Assembly: GCA_964618695.1 (NCBI GenBank)
Contig: CAZUDX010000004.1
Location: forward strand, 86,257 to 150,256
Length of the DNA: 64,000 bases
Source: an uncultured Candidatus Bathyarchaeia archaeon
Lineage (GTDB): Archaea; Thermoproteota; Bathyarchaeia; Bathyarchaeales; Bathyarchaeaceae
Reading direction: 5' to 3'
Positions 61,337 through 64,000 of the stretch are shown one piece after another (the first letter of the stretch is position 1; each line of letters begins with the position of its first letter). The notes beneath the pieces are model-generated. The model worked only from the letters and a program-made list of their open reading frames with translations. It was not told where the DNA came from and made no database searches. The position numbers and the translations under genes are program-made.

Positions 61337-64000
61337 GTGGTGACCACGAAATTCAAGGCTAATTCTAAACCTTTATTGACTCAAAAGTATCGCCCACTCG
61401 AGCTTGAACGTGAAGTTCGCGATTTTTGGGAAAAAAACCAAATACAAAAAAAATTGACAGAACACCGCGAAAAAAACAACAAGGGGCTGCTAGGTTACGT
61501 TGAAGGCCCACCAACATTGAATGGCATTCAACACGTTGGTCACGCTCGAGGCAGAGTAATAAAGGACTTCCGTTACCGCCTGAAAACCATGCAGAACTTC
61601 TATGTTACATTCTGGGCTGGCTGGGACACCCAAGGCCTACCCGTTGAACTGGAAGTAGAGCAAACTCTTGGTGCTAAGAACAAGAAAGAGTTGCTTGAAC
61701 GGGTAGGTGTAGAGCGTTTCGTTGAGGAATGCAAGAAGAGTATCCTGAAGTATCACCGTAAATGGGTTGAAGCTGACAAAAACTTGGGCATGTTCATAGA
61801 CCAAGACAAAGCCTACTATACCCACCAAGACAGGTATATCGAACGGGAGTGGCAATACCTCAAGAAAGCTTGGGAACAAAACCTTCTCGGAGAAGGCTAT
61901 TATGTTGTTGCTTACTGTCCCCACTGCCAAACATCGCTCAGCAACGCCGAAGTAGGTCTCGGATACAAAGAGGTTGAAGACCCTTCAATCCACTTCAAAT
62001 TCAGGCTAAGCGAAACCGAAAATGAATACTTCATCATCTGGACCACCATGCCCTTCACCCTAATCACGGACATGATAATCGGAGTCAACCCCAAAGAGGA
62101 CTACTCACGCGTCAGAGTGGAAGATGAAATTTGGATTCTTGCTAGTGGACGCGTCGAACCAATCATGGAAGAGTTGGGAGTAAAAAAGTTCAAAGTTCTC
62201 GAAGTTATGAAGGGCAAGGACTTGGTGGGTAAGAAATACGAGTACCCCTTCAAAGACATGATTCCCAAACAAGCAGAACTGGACGAATTGCCCTTAATCC
62301 ACACCGTAGTAGGAGAAGATTTTGTTGACGTTTCCACAGCAACAGGCATAGTACACCTCTCCCCAGCAAACGGCGAAGACGACTTCTTAGCTTCCCAAAA
62401 ACGCAAATTAACCATGTTCGCTCCATTTGATGACCAAGCAATGTTCACGAAGGAGGCGGGCGCGTTTGCCGGCTTCTTCGTCAGAAAAACAGACAGCATG
62501 GTTGTGGAGGAACTCCACAACAGAGGATTATTACTTAAAGTGAAAACCATCATCCACGAATATCCGACCTGCTGGAGGTCCCACCACAAACTCGTGTGGC
62601 TGGCGCGGAGAGAATATTTTCTTTGGACAGACAAAATAAATGACAAAGTAATGAAAGCCGCGCAAAAAGTAAACTACTTCTACGACAGCCCTAAAAACCG
62701 ATTTTTCGCCTTCTTGAAAGAAGGAAAACCATGGTGCATCTCCAGAGACAGAGTCTGGGGCTCACCCTTACCCATCTGGGTCTGCGAAAAATGCAACACC
62801 AAAACTCTGGTAGCTAGCAAGGAAGAATTGGTGGCGAAAGCTTTGGAGTTGCCCGGCAAAGACTTTGAACTCCACAAACCGTGGATAGACCGCGTGATAT
62901 TGAAGTGTGAGGAGTGTGGAGGTAGGATGGTGAGGGAGCATTTTGTGTTGGATGTCTGGCATAACAGCGGCGCCTCTTCCTATGCAAGGTTCACAGACGA
63001 AGAATTCAGCAAGTTTGTTCCAGTGAACTTTTTAACTGAAGCTGTAGACCAGACGCGAGGTTGGGCAAACTCGCTTCTTCTTGAACACGTGATATTAACT
63101 GGCAAACCCGAAGCTCCTTACGAAGAGTTTCTTTTCCAAGGTTTTGTGTTAGACGCGAAAGGAAGAAAGATGAGTAAGAGCCTCGGAAACGTAATAGAAA
63201 TCAACAAACTGCTTCAAGAACGGTCAGCCGATGTCTCCCGTTTCTACTTCTTATGGAAAACTTCACCCATCGATTCCATGAACTTCGACACCCAAGACCT
63301 CAGGGGACGCCCCTACCAAGTTCTCAGCACCCTCTACCACCTTCACAACTTCTTCCTACAAAACGCCGAATACGACCACTTCAACCCAAAAAAACACACC
63401 CTACAATGGGCAAACAAAACCAAGGAACTAAAAACCCCAGACCAATGGCTCCTATCCAAACTGCAACAGCTTGTTAAAGAATTCACCGAAAATGCTGAAG
63501 CATGCGAATTCAATTTCGCCCTATCCAAACTTGAAGACTTCGTTGTCAACATTTTAAGCCGCCAATATGTCCCCATGATTCGAAGAGACCTGTGGAGTGA
63601 CGACCCCGAAACCCTGAATCGTCGGCTTGCCGTCTATGCAACCCTCTGGTATGTCCTAAAAGAATTGGTTCTCCTTTTCAACCCAACTACTCCATTTCTG
63701 AGCGAAGCACTATACCAGAAAGTCTACAAAGAACTAGATGACTCCCTTCCTGAGACCGTGAATCTGGAAAACTGGCCTGAACCGGATGCCAATTTGACAG
63801 ATGCTGCCTTAGAAGAAGAATTTGAGTTTCTGCTGCAAAGCCTTCCTCTGGTGTATTCTGCTCGACAGTATGCCCAGTTGAAACGGCGATGGCCTCTCGC
63901 AAAGGCAATTGTCGTTTCACCCAAAAAACTTCAGGAAGCCCTGAAAAAATTGGAGACACTGTTTCTTGAACTCGCGAACATAAAAGCGGTTGAATATGCA
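61337..64000 (+). CDS. ileS: Isoleucyl-tRNA synthetase (3' end beyond window)
   Basis: Not in the ORF track because no stop is reached. I translated the frame by hand from GTG 61337 (TGA at 61334). It is open for 888 codons. Motifs: PPTLNGIQHVGHARG (HIGH-type), WDTQGLPVE, CWRS, DQTRGW, KMSKSLGN. Confidence 0.88.
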   Translation, partial: MVTTKFKANSKPLLTQKYRPLELEREVRDFWEKNQIQKKLTEHREKNNKGLLGYVEGPPTLNGIQHVGHARGRVIKDFRYRLKTMQNFYVTFWAGWDTQGLPVELEVEQTLGAKNKKELLERVGVERFVEECKKSILKYHRKWVEADKNLGMFIDQDKAYYTHQDRYIEREWQYLKKAWEQNLLGEGYYVVAYCPHCQTSLSNAEVGLGYKEVEDPSIHFKFRLSETENEYFIIWTTMPFTLITDMIIGVNPKEDYSRVRVEDEIWILASGRVEPIMEELGVKKFKVLEVMKGKDLVGKKYEYPFKDMIPKQAELDELPLIHTVVGEDFVDVSTATGIVHLSPANGEDDFLASQKRKLTMFAPFDDQAMFTKEAGAFAGFFVRKTDSMVVEELHNRGLLLKVKTIIHEYPTCWRSHHKLVWLARREYFLWTDKINDKVMKAAQKVNYFYDSPKNRFFAFLKEGKPWCISRDRVWGSPLPIWVCEKCNTKTLVASKEELVAKALELPGKDFELHKPWIDRVILKCEECGGRMVREHFVLDVWHNSGASSYARFTDEEFSKFVPVNFLTEAVDQTRGWANSLLLEHVILTGKPEAPYEEFLFQGFVLDAKGRKMSKSLGNVIEINKLLQERSADVSRFYFLWKTSPIDSMNFDTQDLRGRPYQVLSTLYHLHNFFLQNAEYDHFNPKKHTLQWANKTKELKTPDQWLLSKLQQLVKEFTENAEACEFNFALSKLEDFVVNILSRQYVPMIRRDLWSDDPETLNRRLAVYATLWYVLKELVLLFNPTTPFLSEALYQKVYKELDDSLPETVNLENWPEPDANLTDAALEEEFEFLLQSLPLVYSARQYAQLKRRWPLAKAIVVSPKKLQEALKKLETLFLELANIKAVEYA

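Noticed and set aside
61637-63959. Several minus-strand ORFs (61637-61930, 62101-62646, 63343-63576, 63687-63959 and others).
   Set aside because: All are antisense to the continuous IleRS frame and have no recognisable motifs.
1-64000. Whole-window look for CRISPR arrays, rRNA genes, IS elements/transposases, integrases, toxin-antitoxin pairs and known defence genes.
   Set aside because: I saw no regularly spaced repeat arrays, no rRNA-like sequence and no recombinase or defence-type motifs in any ORF. The tandem AbrB protein has no adjacent toxin-like partner.

Overview
This window looks like an archaeal chromosomal segment. Markers are ribosomal protein eS17, RtcB, a class II (B12) ribonucleotide reductase, single-OB SSBs with an RGG tail, TrpB2, GGPP synthase, TTTAAA/TTTATATA-type promoter boxes and GGAGG ribosome-binding sites. 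A TACK-type lineage is my guess only.

Layout:
- 1-21.8 kb: a cell-envelope glycan island. It holds GT4 and GT2 glycosyltransferases, a 1477-aa AftD-like membrane protein with two discoidin domains, an HprK-like P-loop protein and a 1139-aa secreted S-layer candidate. rtcB, a KamA-family radical SAM gene, eS17 and an SSB interrupt it.
- 21.9-31.4 kb: two ABC transporter loci (one permease is frame-disrupted) and a run of small DNA-binding and zinc-ribbon proteins.
- 29.5-33.8 kb: a divergent tRNA-Val/tRNA-Ala pair. Each tRNA is followed about 2 kb downstream by a direct repeat of its own 3' end, which suggests att-bounded islets without an integrase.
- 34-40.5 kb: amt with paired TGAA-N6-TTCA sites, and miscellaneous genes.
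- 40.5-46.1 kb: nrdJ followed by a tightly coupled three-gene unit.
- 46.3-64 kb: trpB2, ACT regulators, a complete his operon (hisZ-G-D-C-[HAD]-B-H-A-F-IE), a CysK-like enzyme, GGPP synthase and ileS. ileS is open at the window end and absent from the ORF track.

Best candidate for an undescribed system: the three-gene unit at 40532-43966. It encodes a TM/zinc-ribbon protein, a DUF2207-like membrane protein ending in a 10-Cys (Cys-Ala)n tail, and a radical SAM/SPASM enzyme with a fused PqqD-like recognition domain.

Second notable signal: kilobase patches of extreme strand-composition skew. These are nearly G-free or nearly C-free on one strand, and they cross gene boundaries and non-coding DNA.

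No CRISPR array, rRNA, transposase or integrase was recognised.
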